32,000 bases of DNA from Ktedonobacterales bacterium (GCA_030167145.1 CP126532.1:2010001-2042000), one strand, 5' to 3'; positions 1 through 10,375 are shown, counted from the first letter of the stretch. Numbers and translations: made by a program. The notes: a model not told the origin generated them from the letters alone.

Positions 1-62
1 TCGTCGGTGATATCCGAATCCTCGGCTAAATGGAACAACTTCTCACGAATCACATAACGCAT
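1..62 (-). CDS. 5' end of a CDS running off the left edge (first 20 codons: MRYVIREKLFHLAEDSDITD); possibly LURP-one-related/DUF567-like
   Basis: Minus-strand ATG at 62-60, with AGGAGG (complement of 72-77) 9 nt upstream. The frame is open to position 1. The family guess rests only on a remembered N-terminal pattern (M-x-Y-x-x-R-E-K-L-F). Confidence 0.35.
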   Translation of the reverse strand, partial: MRYVIREKLFHLAEDSDITD

Positions 63-295
63 GGCGGGGAGCCTCCTGTCTGGGTGGCATCACGTGGCCG
101 GTAGCGCCGCGCCCAGCCAGTGTAGCACATGCGCTCGTGCCGCATTCGCTGTGATTGCAGCGCCATTCCATCACCGGTATGACATGCCTGCGTCATGTGC
201 CGCGTATTTCATAGTGAGGCGGTTGCCACGCTATGCGATACAATGCGCTGGCAATCTGTCTCGCATTGCGTCCGATGTTTCTGAAATGAAGTGGT

Positions 296-3037
296 ATGCC
301 TGCACGCGCGACCAGTGTGACGAATCCAGCGGCGGAGACCGACGTGGATCCCGGTCTGCTCGCCACCAAACTCTACGTGCCGCACCCGCGTGCGAACTGG
401 GTGCGTCGCCCGCGCCTGCTCGCGCGGCTGGATGACGCGCTACACTGCCAGCTCACGCTGATCTCGGCACCGCCCGGCAGTGGTAAGACGACGCTGCTGG
501 CGGCCTGGCATGCCAGCCCTACCGGCAAGCGCTTCCCGCTCGCCTGGGTTTCGCTTGACGAGGGCGACAATGATCCGGTGCGCTTCTGGCGCTATGTTCT
601 GGCGGCGCTGCGAAGCGTCCATGCTGGCCTGGGCGCTGGCGCGTTGGCGCTGCTTCGGGCACCACAGTCTCCGGCGATAGAGACCGTGCTGGCCGCGCTG
701 CTCAACGACCTGGCGCTGCTGCAAGACGATCTGCTGCTGGTTCTGGACGACTATCACCGCATCACGGACGCATCAGTGGAGGCGGGACTGGTGTATCTGC
801 TGGAGCATCTGCCGCCACACGCGCATCTGGCACTCATCACGCGCATTGATCCGCCGCTGCCGCTGGCGAGCCTGCGCGCCCGTGGCCAGCTCATCGAGCT
901 ACGCGCCGCCGATCTGCGGTTTACTGCGGCTGAGGCGGGCGATTTCTTGCGGGATGGCATGGGTCTCGCGCTCGCGCCAGAGGCCGTGGCCGCGCTCGAA
1001 GCGCGTACTGAGGGCTGGATCGCCGGTATTCAGCTTGCCGCGCTGGCTATGCGCCAGAGCAATGACATCACTGGCTTCCTCGCCACGTTTCAGGGCAGCA
1101 ACCGCTATGTTTTCGACTACCTGACCGAGGAGGCGCTGCGCCACCAACCGGCCGCCGTGCAGTCTTTCTTGCTGCACACGGCGATTCTCGACCGCTTCTG
1201 CGCGCCCCTCTGCGAGAGCGTCACGGGCGAGCGCGGCAGCCGCGAGATGCTCGCCACGGTGGAGCGCGCCAATCTCTTCGTCGTTCCGCTGGACAACGAC
1301 CGCCGTTGGTATCGCTACCACCATCTCTTCGGCGAATTCCTGCGGCAGCGCCTTGCGGAGACCCAGCCGGAGCAGGTGCGCGCGCTGCACCTGCGCGCCG
1401 CCGCGTGGCACGAACGCAACGGCTCGCTCCCGGAAGCGATTGAGCATCTGCTGGCCGCGCCCGCAGAAGAAGACGCGGCGCTGTTGATCGAACGCTATTT
1501 CGAAGAGATGCAAGAGCGCAGCGAGGTGGGGTCGCTGCTGCGCTGGTGCGCCGCGCTGCCCGAAGCCATCGCCCGCGCACACCCCTATCTGAATCTCGCC
1601 TCGGCCTGGATGCTCCTCGCTGCCGCGCGGTATGACGCCATCGAGCCGAAGCTTCAGGTTATTGAGCGGGCGCTGGATGAGGCACGCGCGGGCGGCGATA
1701 CGGAACCGTTGCGACGCGGCGCCACCGATTATCAGGGGCAGGTCTACGCGATTCGTTCCAACATCGCGCTGAACCTGGGCGACCCGGAACAGGCCATCGC
1801 GCTGGCGCAACTCGCGCTGGAACAGTTGACGGCAGAGGACGCGCTACCGCGCAGTGTGGTGGCGCTGAATCTGGCCGATGCCTACCACGACCGCGACGAA
1901 CTGGCCGCCGCCAGCGCGCTCTACCAGGAAACGCTGACGCTGTGTGCGCGTATTGGCAATGCGCCCATCGCCGTCAATGCCGCCAGCAACCTCGGCCAGC
2001 TCTACGAGCAGCAGGCGCGGCTGCATGATGCTGAGCGCACGTACGAGCAGGCGCGCACGCTTGGCGCGGGCAGTGGCGCGGCGCTGCCCTTCACTGGCAA
2101 GGCTATCGTCGGCCTGGCGCACATTCGCTATCAGTGGAACGACCTCGACGCCGCGCTGCGAACCCTCAACGAGGGCATACCGCTGTGTCTTCAGTGGGGC
2201 CATAGCGAACATGTCGTCGAGAGCTACCTCACACTGGCGCAGATACGCTGGGCGATGGGCGATCATGCTGGCGCGAGCGACGCGCTTCAGGCAGCCGAGG
2301 CGCACCGCCGTACACGCGGCCACCGGAGTATGGTCCACTGGCGGGTGCAGGTGTGGCAGGCCGAGCTTGCGCTACGAGAGGGCAATCTGCCTGCCGCCGA
2401 GGCATGGGCGCGTGAGTGTGAAGCGGACATCCGGGCTGATGGCGCGGGGATGCACCCCGGCCACATCACGCTGGCGAAGATTCTGGCCGCGCGCAACCAG
2501 CACGGCGACGCGCTGCGTCTATTGGAGCGTTACCTTGCCGCCACCCAGGCTAGCGGGCGCGCTGACCTCACGCTCGCCACGCTCATTGCCCAGGCGCTGC
2601 TGCTGCGCGAAGCTGGCGAGAGCACGAGGGCGTTGGATGCGCTGGCCGCCGCACTCACTCTCGCTCAGCCGTCGGGCTATATCCGCGTCTTCCGCGACGC
2701 AGGCGAGCCGATGCGCGCGTTGCTCGCGGAGGCGCTGGCGCGCGGCGTCACACCTGCCTATACGCAGATGCTGCTTGCCGCGTTCGCACCCGCTGCCAGC
2801 GGATCGCTGGGGATGGGCGAGGATCCGGCTTCCCCGCCGCTGCTTGTGCCGCTTACGCGGCGCGAGCGGGATGTGCTGCGGCTGATCGCGGCGGGCGCAT
2901 CGAATCAGGAAATCGCCGATAGGCTGGTCATAGCACTGGGGACGGTCAAGAAGCACATCAGCACGATCTTCGACAAGGTGGGTGTTGCCAGCCGCACGCA
3001 ACTGCTTGTACGCGCCCGCGACCTTGGTTTGCTCTGA
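296..3037 (+). CDS. MalT/LuxR-type STAND regulator (P-loop NTPase + helical/TPR-like sensor region + C-terminal LuxR/GerE HTH)
   Basis: 913-aa ORF. It has the LLATKLYVPHPR leader typical of MalT-like proteins, Walker A SAPPGSGKTTLL and Walker B LLLVLDDYH. TPR-like helices are present (e.g. ALNLADAYHDRDELAAASALYQETL). The C-terminal HTH is LTRRERDVLRLIAAGASNQEIADRLVIALGTVKKHISTIFDKVGV. The start is uncertain (in-frame GTGs at 317 and 344). Confidence 0.9.
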   Translation: MPARATSVTNPAAETDVDPGLLATKLYVPHPRANWVRRPRLLARLDDALHCQLTLISAPPGSGKTTLLAAWHASPTGKRFPLAWVSLDEGDNDPVRFWRYVLAALRSVHAGLGAGALALLRAPQSPAIETVLAALLNDLALLQDDLLLVLDDYHRITDASVEAGLVYLLEHLPPHAHLALITRIDPPLPLASLRARGQLIELRAADLRFTAAEAGDFLRDGMGLALAPEAVAALEARTEGWIAGIQLAALAMRQSNDITGFLATFQGSNRYVFDYLTEEALRHQPAAVQSFLLHTAILDRFCAPLCESVTGERGSREMLATVERANLFVVPLDNDRRWYRYHHLFGEFLRQRLAETQPEQVRALHLRAAAWHERNGSLPEAIEHLLAAPAEEDAALLIERYFEEMQERSEVGSLLRWCAALPEAIARAHPYLNLASAWMLLAAARYDAIEPKLQVIERALDEARAGGDTEPLRRGATDYQGQVYAIRSNIALNLGDPEQAIALAQLALEQLTAEDALPRSVVALNLADAYHDRDELAAASALYQETLTLCARIGNAPIAVNAASNLGQLYEQQARLHDAERTYEQARTLGAGSGAALPFTGKAIVGLAHIRYQWNDLDAALRTLNEGIPLCLQWGHSEHVVESYLTLAQIRWAMGDHAGASDALQAAEAHRRTRGHRSMVHWRVQVWQAELALREGNLPAAEAWARECEADIRADGAGMHPGHITLAKILAARNQHGDALRLLERYLAATQASGRADLTLATLIAQALLLREAGESTRALDALAAALTLAQPSGYIRVFRDAGEPMRALLAEALARGVTPAYTQMLLAAFAPAASGSLGMGEDPASPPLLVPLTRRERDVLRLIAAGASNQEIADRLVIALGTVKKHISTIFDKVGVASRTQLLVRARDLGLL

Positions 3038-3053
3038 ATGGCCAATGCCTCTA

Positions 3054-3659
3054 TCACAGCCAGCCTTTCTGTTCGGCGATGCGCGCCGCCTCGATGCGGT
3101 TCTGCGCGCCCAGCTTCTGGATCGCTACTGACAGGTAGTTCCGTACTGTGCCCTCGGAGAGTACGAGCGTCTCGGCGATTTCGGCGATGCTCGCGCCCCG
3201 CGCGGCCACGGCCAGCACGTCGCGCTCGCGGTCGGTGAGCGGATTCTCGCCTTCGCTGAGCGCCGCCATCGCCAACGCGGGATCTACCACTCGCTCGCCT
3301 GCCGTCACGCGGCGAATCGCCGCCGCGAGTTGGGTCGCTGGGGCATCCTTCACCAGGAAACCTACCACCCCGCTTGCCATTGCGCGGCGCAGGTAGCCGG
3401 GCCGACCGAACGTCGTCAGGATGATGATGCGGCACGCGGGGAGATGTGCATGTAGCTCGGCGGCGGCGTCCAGGCCGCTGGCGCCGGGCATCTCGATGTC
3501 GAGCAGCGCCACGTCGGGCTGGGCCGCTTGCGCCGCCGCGACCACGGCATCGCCGCGCGCGACCTCGGCTACGATCTCAATATCGTCTTCCAGGCTGAGC
3601 AGCGCACCCAGCGCGCCGCGCACCATCGCCTGATCTTCGGCCAGCAGCACCCGTATCAT
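3054..3659 (-). CDS. NarL/FixJ-family response regulator (REC + LuxR-type HTH)
   Basis: The 201-aa ORF begins MIRVLLAEDQAMVRGAL. The receiver aspartate context is VALLDIEMPG. The C-terminal HTH is LTDRERDVLAVAARGASIAEIAETLVLSEGTVRNYLS. Its ATG overlaps the kinase stop codon (ATGA at 3656-3659). Confidence 0.93.
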   Translation of the reverse strand: MIRVLLAEDQAMVRGALGALLSLEDDIEIVAEVARGDAVVAAAQAAQPDVALLDIEMPGASGLDAAAELHAHLPACRIIILTTFGRPGYLRRAMASGVVGFLVKDAPATQLAAAIRRVTAGERVVDPALAMAALSEGENPLTDRERDVLAVAARGASIAEIAETLVLSEGTVRNYLSVAIQKLGAQNRIEAARIAEQKGWL

Positions 3660-4924
3660 GACGCCTCCACTCGCGCTGCATCTACTGCGCTCTGCTCGCC
3701 TTGCTCGCCCTCCTCGGAACGGCTCGGAGGGGCTTCGCTCCGCTCGCGCTGCGCGGCGATGCCCGCGACCGGCAGCGATACCGCCAGACGGAAGCCGCCG
3801 CCCGCACGCGGGCCAGTCTCGATCTGGCCGCCCAACACAGCGGCACGTTCGGCCAGACCGTCCAGTCCGTTGCCCGCTTTTTTGGGGGCAGGTGCGCCCG
3901 CACGCCCATTGTCGCTGACTTCAAGGGTGATGCGGTGCGCGTGGCACGCGATGCTGATGGTACAGCGCCGCGCCCGGCTATGGCGAATCACGTTGGTCAC
4001 GCCTTCGCGCACCGCCCAGGCCAGCACGGCTTCAATGTTGGTCGGCACGTCGGGAACGTCGCCAACCTGTGTGAAGACAATGCCTGCCGCGTCGAGAATC
4101 TGCTGAGCGGCGTGCAGCTCATTGGTCAGCGATGGCTGGCGGTAGCCGGCGACGGCCTCGCGCACCTCCGCCAACGCCTGACGCGCCGCATCCTCCACAT
4201 CGCCGATCTCGCTCACCGCGCGCTCAGGAGCGGTGAGCGCCAGCCGCCCCGCTAGCTCGCTCTTCAAGGCGATGAGCGAGAGCGAATGGCCCAGCAGATC
4301 ATGCAAATCACGGGCGAAGCGCAGCCGTTCCTCCGCCACGGCAAGGCGCGTGCTCTCTTCGCGTGCAACGCGCAGCGCGCGATTGCCTAGAATGCTCGCG
4401 CGAATCGAGCGCATGACGCTGACGACGATGATGCCGACCACGGTCATCGTGAACAGTCCTTGCGCAATGAACGGCCAATCAAAATGGGGATGCAGCAGAC
4501 CACCGGCCAGCACCAATAGCAGCATGGCCGCCAGCGCCGCGAAAGCCCGCAGCGGCGGCAGACGGCCCAGCGTGATGGCACTCGTGAAAATGAAGAGCGT
4601 GCCCCACGCTTCGCCGAAGACCCAAATCAGCAAGAAACTCAGCGCGGTCAGGACGACGATGGGCAGCCACATCTGCCACGGCGTGCGAGTATCGAGGGCG
4701 GTAGCCGTGACGTGGCGCGCGTTATCCCAGCCGGTCCAGGCGTAGAGCGCGACGAAGAGCGCCACCCCTAGCAGCAGCACAACCAGCGCGCCGGATGTGA
4801 GGCGCGCCTGCGGCAACGCCAGCAGCGACGGGATGAGAAATGGCAGCCAGACGAGATAGAGCAGCCAGATCAGGCCGGTCGCGGGGCCTTGGGTTGTGAC
4901 GAACATCGCGCGTACACGCTGCAT
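3656..4924 (-). CDS. Sensor histidine kinase, HisKA_3 (DesK/NarX-like) with multi-pass N-terminal membrane domain
   Basis: H-box RFARDLHDLLGHSLSLIALKSELA, N-box GVTNVIRHSRA and G-box SDNGRAG..GNGLDGLAERA, with about 5-6 hydrophobic helices at the N-terminus. I chose the ATG at 4924 (MQRVRAM...) because GGAGGA lies 7 nt upstream. The ORF track starts 15 nt earlier at a TTG (4939). Confidence 0.9.
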   Translation of the reverse strand: MQRVRAMFVTTQGPATGLIWLLYLVWLPFLIPSLLALPQARLTSGALVVLLLGVALFVALYAWTGWDNARHVTATALDTRTPWQMWLPIVVLTALSFLLIWVFGEAWGTLFIFTSAITLGRLPPLRAFAALAAMLLLVLAGGLLHPHFDWPFIAQGLFTMTVVGIIVVSVMRSIRASILGNRALRVAREESTRLAVAEERLRFARDLHDLLGHSLSLIALKSELAGRLALTAPERAVSEIGDVEDAARQALAEVREAVAGYRQPSLTNELHAAQQILDAAGIVFTQVGDVPDVPTNIEAVLAWAVREGVTNVIRHSRARRCTISIACHAHRITLEVSDNGRAGAPAPKKAGNGLDGLAERAAVLGGQIETGPRAGGGFRLAVSLPVAGIAAQRERSEAPPSRSEEGEQGEQSAVDAARVEAS

Positions 4925-5140
4925 TTGTCCATCCTCCAACTCCGAACTGGTGAGCGATCAGGTCGTTTCACCTTCCGTATTCTATTGTACGGGTGAGGCG
5001 CGATGCCGGATAGTGAAGGGCATCAGCATATTGGTATGACAAATGTCATCCGCACGAGCGGGCAACATTTGCGCGGGAACTTCGGGATGATTGCGAGGCC
5101 GGGAAGGAGGGTTTGCCCGACCATCGCGAAGCATCTAGCG

Positions 5141-6979
5141 TCATATCTTCGATTGCATGTTGTACAGGTTGGCGTAGACGCCGTTTGCGGCGATCAATTC
5201 CGCATGCGTGCCCTGCTCAGCGATCCCGGAGCCAGCCAGAACGACGATTCGTTGGGCATTGCGGATGGTTGACAAACGATGGGCAATAACCAGCGTGGTG
5301 CGGTTGTCGGCTAGCTTCTCCAATGAATCTTGCACCGCCTTTTCGCTTTCATTATCCAGCGCGCTCGTCGCTTCATCAAAGATGATGATGGGGGGATTCT
5401 TGAGGAAGACGCGCGCGATACTCAACCGCTGCTTTTGCCCGCCTGAGAGTTTTACGCCGCGCTGGCCAATATCGGTGTCGTAGCCATCCGGCAGCGCCAT
5501 GATGAAATCGTGCGCGTGGGCCTGTTTGGCCGCGTCAATGACTTCTTGCCTGGTGGCGTCGAGTTTGCCGTAGCGGATATTGTCGGCGACGGTTCCGGCG
5601 AACAAATAGACATCTTGCTGGACAATACCGATATTGCCGCGCAGTGAGCGCAAGGTAACGTCGCGGATGTCGCGCCCATCCAGCAGAATCGCTCCCGCAG
5701 TGACTTCATAGAAACGCGGAATCAACGAGCAGAGGGTTGTTTTGCCAACACCGGAGGACCCGACGAGGGCAACGTATTCGCCGGCTTGTATCTCCAGCGA
5801 CAGGTTCTTCACGACATCGTGGTGGTCTTCTTGATACTTGAAGCTGATGTTCTGGAACTCCACCGCACCGCGAACCTGCGTGAGATCCACTGCGTCTGGC
5901 GCATCTTGCAGATCGGGCGCGATCTCGATGATCTCCATAAACCGGTGAAATCCGGTCACGCCTTCCTGATAGAGCCTGCCAAAATTGACCAGTTTCTGGA
6001 TGGGGTCAATGAGGATGCTGACACATAAGAGGTAGGTCAGCATGTCGGCTAAATCCAGGGAAGCGCGCAGAATGGCGACACTGCCAAAGACGATGACGGC
6101 GATGGTGATGAGCTGGGTACACGCGATCAGCCCGCCGGAAAAGTACGCCTCACTCTTGTAGCCGTCGCCGCGGCTGGCGAGAAAACGATTGTTTGCATGT
6201 GTGAACTTGCGCAGCTCAACGTCGTCGTTGGTGAATGACTTTACGACGCGAATGCCCGCAAGCGTATCTTCGACCTGCGCATTGATATCGCCGATGCGAT
6301 CCTTGCTGGCGCGTAGTGCACGATTCATCTTCTTATTGAAGTACAGCGCGTACACGGCCATGATGGGCAAGAAGAGAAAGACGAGCAAGGTGAGCGCCAC
6401 GTTGACCTTGAGCAAGATGATGAAAGCGCCGGTGACCGTCAGACTGGTGACGATGATGTCCTCAGGGCCGTGATGATATAACTCGGACATGGCGAAGGTA
6501 TCATTGGTGATCCGGGTCATCAATTGGCCGGTTCTTTGCGCATCATAAAAGCTAAACGATAGCTTTTGAAGATGCTCAAAGAGTTCCTTGCGCATGTCGC
6601 TTTCCATCCGGGCGCCCATCATATGGCCTTGAAAGTCAATGAACATGGTACACAGGGTATGGACGCCAACCAATGCGAGCATGAGCGCGCCGATCAGCAA
6701 GATCTGGTTGAGCGCGTGCGACGTATCGCCTTGCAGCATGTTTTTGGTGACGAAGCGGGCACAGAGTGGGAGCAGCAGCGTAATCGCCGATACGATGAGC
6801 GCGCAGGCCATATCCGCGAGGAACAGGCCCTTGTATGGTTTGTAGTATGATAGGAACTTCTTGCCGCGCGAACGCGCGGGCGCAGCCGCGCTGGACGTAG
6901 CGCCAGCTTTGGCCACGGGCAGATCATGCGCCGCTGGCGCAGCCGGCAGTTCGTTCGTGGTCGGGTCGGTTGACAGCAA
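5141..6979 (-). CDS. ABC exporter, fused permease + ATPase (MsbA/ABCB-like)
   Basis: 612-aa ORF with six predicted TM helices followed by the NBD. NBD motifs are Walker A GSSGVGKTT, signature LSGGQKQRLSIAR, Walker B IIIFDEATSALD and H-loop VIAHRLST. It has a TTG start with GAGGAG 8 nt upstream. Confidence 0.93.
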   Translation of the reverse strand: MLSTDPTTNELPAAPAAHDLPVAKAGATSSAAAPARSRGKKFLSYYKPYKGLFLADMACALIVSAITLLLPLCARFVTKNMLQGDTSHALNQILLIGALMLALVGVHTLCTMFIDFQGHMMGARMESDMRKELFEHLQKLSFSFYDAQRTGQLMTRITNDTFAMSELYHHGPEDIIVTSLTVTGAFIILLKVNVALTLLVFLFLPIMAVYALYFNKKMNRALRASKDRIGDINAQVEDTLAGIRVVKSFTNDDVELRKFTHANNRFLASRGDGYKSEAYFSGGLIACTQLITIAVIVFGSVAILRASLDLADMLTYLLCVSILIDPIQKLVNFGRLYQEGVTGFHRFMEIIEIAPDLQDAPDAVDLTQVRGAVEFQNISFKYQEDHHDVVKNLSLEIQAGEYVALVGSSGVGKTTLCSLIPRFYEVTAGAILLDGRDIRDVTLRSLRGNIGIVQQDVYLFAGTVADNIRYGKLDATRQEVIDAAKQAHAHDFIMALPDGYDTDIGQRGVKLSGGQKQRLSIARVFLKNPPIIIFDEATSALDNESEKAVQDSLEKLADNRTTLVIAHRLSTIRNAQRIVVLAGSGIAEQGTHAELIAANGVYANLYNMQSKI

Positions 6980-7581
6980 AGGGGATGCTCCTCATGGCAG
7001 CGTTCAAGTAAGCGCAGAGCGCAAGTTGCACAGACATCTCACCCGGTACGAAAGCAAATGGGCAGAGAATGGGTGGGGATGCGCGCTACATGAAGCGCCA
7101 GCATGAGAGGGGGCAGGAGAAAGGCACGGCCGTCCTGGCCGAGACGAGGATTATGGAGAGCGGAAGGAGGATGCGCGTGTGTTCGTGAGCGAGAACGGTA
7201 GGACGCAAAACGATGACGCAGAAAGCGATTTCAGCGCCTACATTCCCAGGGTATCCTCAATGCAACTCCATACCTTCATGCTGGGTCGCGATGTTGCGCG
7301 GCGTGCGCTTCTGGGCATCTGTGCACCTCCTTTGCGAACTCGCGGCGCGAGGAAGCATGCGCCAAAGACAATACCGTGTATGGGGTGATGATAGCATATG
7401 GAACACGCCAGGTCAACTCTGCTCAAAAAAGGAGCAGGGGGCATGCCGCGCACTCCCGCTAGAAATACCACTTTAGTCTACTGCCAACCCCACCCTCTAG
7501 CAGATAGGATATAGGCACATCCGTCACGGCATCGGCGGAGTTTCGTCTATTAGCTATCCCACGAAGGGAGCGCATATTGCT

Positions 7582-9195
7582 ATGAGCACTGAACTATCAT
7601 CATCGGTGGTCCCGTCCGCGCCGTTGCCCGCATCCGCGCGGTCCACGTTCTTTTCGCGCGGCGTGCTGCTGGGCGACACGGCGCTGGTGGCCTATATTGC
7701 GCTCACCAGCTTCATCGCGCACATGCTTGTCGCCAATAACTACGGCTATTTCCGCGACGAACTGTACTACATGGCGGCGGGCCGGCATTTGGCCGCTGGC
7801 TATGTGGACTTCCCGCCGTTCATCGCCCTGCTGGCCGCGCTGCTGCGCGTGCCGTTCAACGATAACTTGATCGCAATTCATGTGCTGCCCGCGGTGGCTT
7901 CGGCGCTGGTGATCTTTACGGCGGGGATGATGACGCGGGAGCTTGGCGGCGGGCGGGTCGCGCAGATGCTGGCCGCACTGGCGACGCTGGTCAACATCAC
8001 GTACCTTGCCACTGGCTCGATCTTCTCCTACGATGCCTTCGACGAACTGTGGTGGGCGCTGGCCGCGTATGTCGTCATCCGTCTGCTGCGGCGCAACCAG
8101 CCACGGCTCTGGTTGCTCTTCGGGCTGATCGCGGGCATCGGCCTCACCACGAAGCTCAGCATGCTGTTCTTCGGCTTCGCGCTTGTGGTGGGCCTGCTGC
8201 TCACGCCTGCTCGCGTGGCTTTCCGCAGCCGCTGGATCTGGCTGGGTGGCCTGATCGCCTTCGCCTTTCTTGTTCCCTACACGATCTGGAACGCTGCCAA
8301 CGGCTGGCCGACGCTCGCCTTCTGGAGCAACTATGGCGACAGGCTGGTGGGCAGCAACGCGCTCACTTTCCTCGCCGAGCAGATCTATACCGCGAATCCG
8401 CTGACGCTGCCGCTGTGGATCACCGGACTCTATTTCTTCCTGCGCGCGAAGGATGGCAGGCCGTATCGCGCGCTGGGCTGGACGTATCTCGTACTCTTCG
8501 TGATCTTTGCCTACTGGCATGCGAAGACGTATTTTCTCGCGCCCGCCTATCCGTTCCTCTACGCTGGCGGAGCAATCATCTTCGCCCGCGCCTATGAGCG
8601 CGCGAAGCAGCGCCAGCGCCGCCGGTGGGGACTGCCCACCTACGCTGTGGCGCTGGTGTTGAGCGGGCTGCTGCTGGCGCCGGTGGCTATGCCGATTCTG
8701 CCGCCGCCCACCTTCGGCCACGTCTACGGCTTCCTCGGCGGCGACGCGGGCGCGCAGATGGAGAACCACGCGACTGGAACTCTGCCGCAATGGCTGGGCG
8801 ACCGCTATGGCTGGACGGAGCTCACCGCGACGGTGGCGAAAGTTTACCGGTCGCTGCCCGCCGATGAACAGCAACAGGCATGCATCAGCACCGACAACTA
8901 CGGCGAGGCGGGGGCGCTCGAATATCTGGGCACTGCATACCACCTGCCACCGGTGCTCAGCGGCCACAACAATTACTTCTTCTGGGGGCCAGGAAACTGC
9001 ACGGGCAAGGTGCTGATCGTCGTGACGGCTGACCCCACGCAGATACACGCGGTCTATGCCAGCGTGCAGCAGGTTGCCACTACTTCGTGCGTCTACTGCA
9101 TGCCCTACGAGGATGGCGTGCCGATCTACGTCTGCACGCAGCCGACGTTCTCGAACCTGCGCGATGTCTGGCCCGGTATCAAGCATTTCAACTGA
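7582..9195 (+). CDS. Family 39 glycosyltransferase (ArnT/PMT-like, polytopic membrane)
   Basis: 537-aa ORF with a DELYYMAAGRHLAAGYVDFPPFIALL N-terminal loop motif typical of GT39/GT83 enzymes. It has more than 10 hydrophobic helices and a soluble C-terminal domain. GAAGGGAG lies upstream of the ATG. Confidence 0.85.
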   Translation: MSTELSSSVVPSAPLPASARSTFFSRGVLLGDTALVAYIALTSFIAHMLVANNYGYFRDELYYMAAGRHLAAGYVDFPPFIALLAALLRVPFNDNLIAIHVLPAVASALVIFTAGMMTRELGGGRVAQMLAALATLVNITYLATGSIFSYDAFDELWWALAAYVVIRLLRRNQPRLWLLFGLIAGIGLTTKLSMLFFGFALVVGLLLTPARVAFRSRWIWLGGLIAFAFLVPYTIWNAANGWPTLAFWSNYGDRLVGSNALTFLAEQIYTANPLTLPLWITGLYFFLRAKDGRPYRALGWTYLVLFVIFAYWHAKTYFLAPAYPFLYAGGAIIFARAYERAKQRQRRRWGLPTYAVALVLSGLLLAPVAMPILPPPTFGHVYGFLGGDAGAQMENHATGTLPQWLGDRYGWTELTATVAKVYRSLPADEQQQACISTDNYGEAGALEYLGTAYHLPPVLSGHNNYFFWGPGNCTGKVLIVVTADPTQIHAVYASVQQVATTSCVYCMPYEDGVPIYVCTQPTFSNLRDVWPGIKHFN

Positions 9196-9256
9196 GCAAT
9201 ATGCCGCCTGGACCGCAAGGATGCGGGCCGAATGGCGAATGCGGCACAAACGCGAT

Positions 9257-9886
9257 TCAGAGCCGGTAGAGCAGGCGAATACGTGGCGCGAAGACGTAGT
9301 TGAGCTGCACCAGCACGATGAAGGCGATGCTGAGGTAGGTGCTGATGATGCAGAGCGCCGCGCCGAAGGCATAGAGCGCCTGCGCGATGACGATGCGACG
9401 CACGACGGCGGACCGCATTTCGGGGGTCACTTCGTCCTTGACCAGTCCCGTTCGCAGCGCATATTGCCAACTGAGGAAGAGCATCGCGCCGAGCAGGAAG
9501 ATGTTGAACCAATAGGCTAGCAGCGCGATGCGGAAGGCGAGGAATGCGGAGAGCAGCGCCGTGGAGAAGGGTATGAGCGTCACGGCGAGGAGGAAACCGA
9601 GGTGTAGCCAGGCGAGATTGCGATCACTGCGAGCGAAGTGGCTGTGTTGCGTCTGCTGGCCCACCCAGAAGATGCCGAGCGTCAAAAAGCTCATGAAATA
9701 GGGGATGAACTTTGGTCCCACCTCAGCCAAGGCGTCCCACAGGCCGCGTTCAGTGGTAATGCCAGCGTTCGCGGGTACGCGCAGGTCGAGCACGAGCAAG
9801 GTCATGGCGACGGCGAAGATGCCATCGCTGAGCGCCGCGAGGCGTTCCAGGCTTTCCCCCGCGATGAGGTTGTAGACGGGTCGCAT
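9257..9886 (-). CDS. TMEM175/DUF1211-family potassium channel-like membrane protein
   Basis: 209 aa. The RLAALSDGIFAVAMTLLVLDL signature of helix 1 (FSDG-x-x-A-x-x-x-TLL) is present, with six hydrophobic helices in total. AGGGGGA SD lies upstream. Confidence 0.8.
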   Translation of the reverse strand: MRPVYNLIAGESLERLAALSDGIFAVAMTLLVLDLRVPANAGITTERGLWDALAEVGPKFIPYFMSFLTLGIFWVGQQTQHSHFARSDRNLAWLHLGFLLAVTLIPFSTALLSAFLAFRIALLAYWFNIFLLGAMLFLSWQYALRTGLVKDEVTPEMRSAVVRRIVIAQALYAFGAALCIISTYLSIAFIVLVQLNYVFAPRIRLLYRL

Positions 9887-9952
9887 GCGTGTCCCCCTGC
9901 GTCCATTGTAGCATTGCGAACCCAGCGTGCAACGATGCAGCGATACACAGCA

Positions 9953-10375
9953 CTACCAACTCTTGCTCTCACTGCCAATCCATAAGTTCAGTGCGCCGAT
10001 GCCGAGCAGCAGCGGGCATACCACGATCACAAATGTCAGCGTCGAGAGCACGCTATTGGCGTCGGCAAGTTTCTGCGACCAGGCGACATAGACTGGATCG
10101 CCATCCCAGGTAGGCTTGGGCACCGTGGCACGAATCGGGATATATGTCGCATACGCTCGCTGCGCCAGCACAAACGCCGGGATGCAGAGCGTCGCCGACC
10201 AGACGGCAATCCGTCGCCGCCAGGAATCTCTCCGCTGCCCACGCCGATATGTCCACTCGAACATGAGCGCCAGCGCCACCAGTATCACGCCACAACCCAG
10301 GCATATCCACGCAATAGTGAGCAATCCATCGGGTGACTCAATCGTGAGCGATGGCCCATTCGCAACAATCAGCAC
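9953..10375 (-). CDS. Hypothetical membrane protein (about 3 TM helices)
   Basis: GTG start with GAGGAG 8 nt upstream. Hydrophobic segments are LLTIAWICLGCGVILVALALMF, IAVWSATLCIPAFVLA and LTFVIVVCPLLLGIGALNLWI. No recognisable family. Confidence 0.55.
   Translation of the reverse strand: MLIVANGPSLTIESPDGLLTIAWICLGCGVILVALALMFEWTYRRGQRRDSWRRRIAVWSATLCIPAFVLAQRAYATYIPIRATVPKPTWDGDPVYVAWSQKLADANSVLSTLTFVIVVCPLLLGIGALNLWIGSESKSW

Noticed and set aside
61-435. 124-aa plus-strand ORF at the left end.
   Set aside because: It overlaps the start of the LuxR-type gene in another frame. It also covers the promoter/SD region of the minus-strand gene at 1-62, and its composition is Ala/Arg-rich.
7179-7388. 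69-aa ORF preceded by GGAAGGAGG in the 600-nt gap upstream of the GT39 gene. A 23-codon ORF lies at 7443-7514 after AAGGAG.
   Set aside because: There are no recognisable motifs. Third-position GC is clearly lower than in confident genes, and the peptide composition is odd. These are left unannotated and could be revisited with Ribo-seq or conservation data.
7600-9372. 590-aa minus-strand ORF opposite the GT39 gene. Similar long ORFs lie at 899-1810, 19128-20339, 25931-26695, 22759-23310 and 12093-12866.
   Set aside because: They are Arg/Ala/Gly/His-rich and low-complexity, with no motifs. They are fully antisense to ORFs with clear family signatures, which is the classic shadow-ORF pattern of high-GC DNA.
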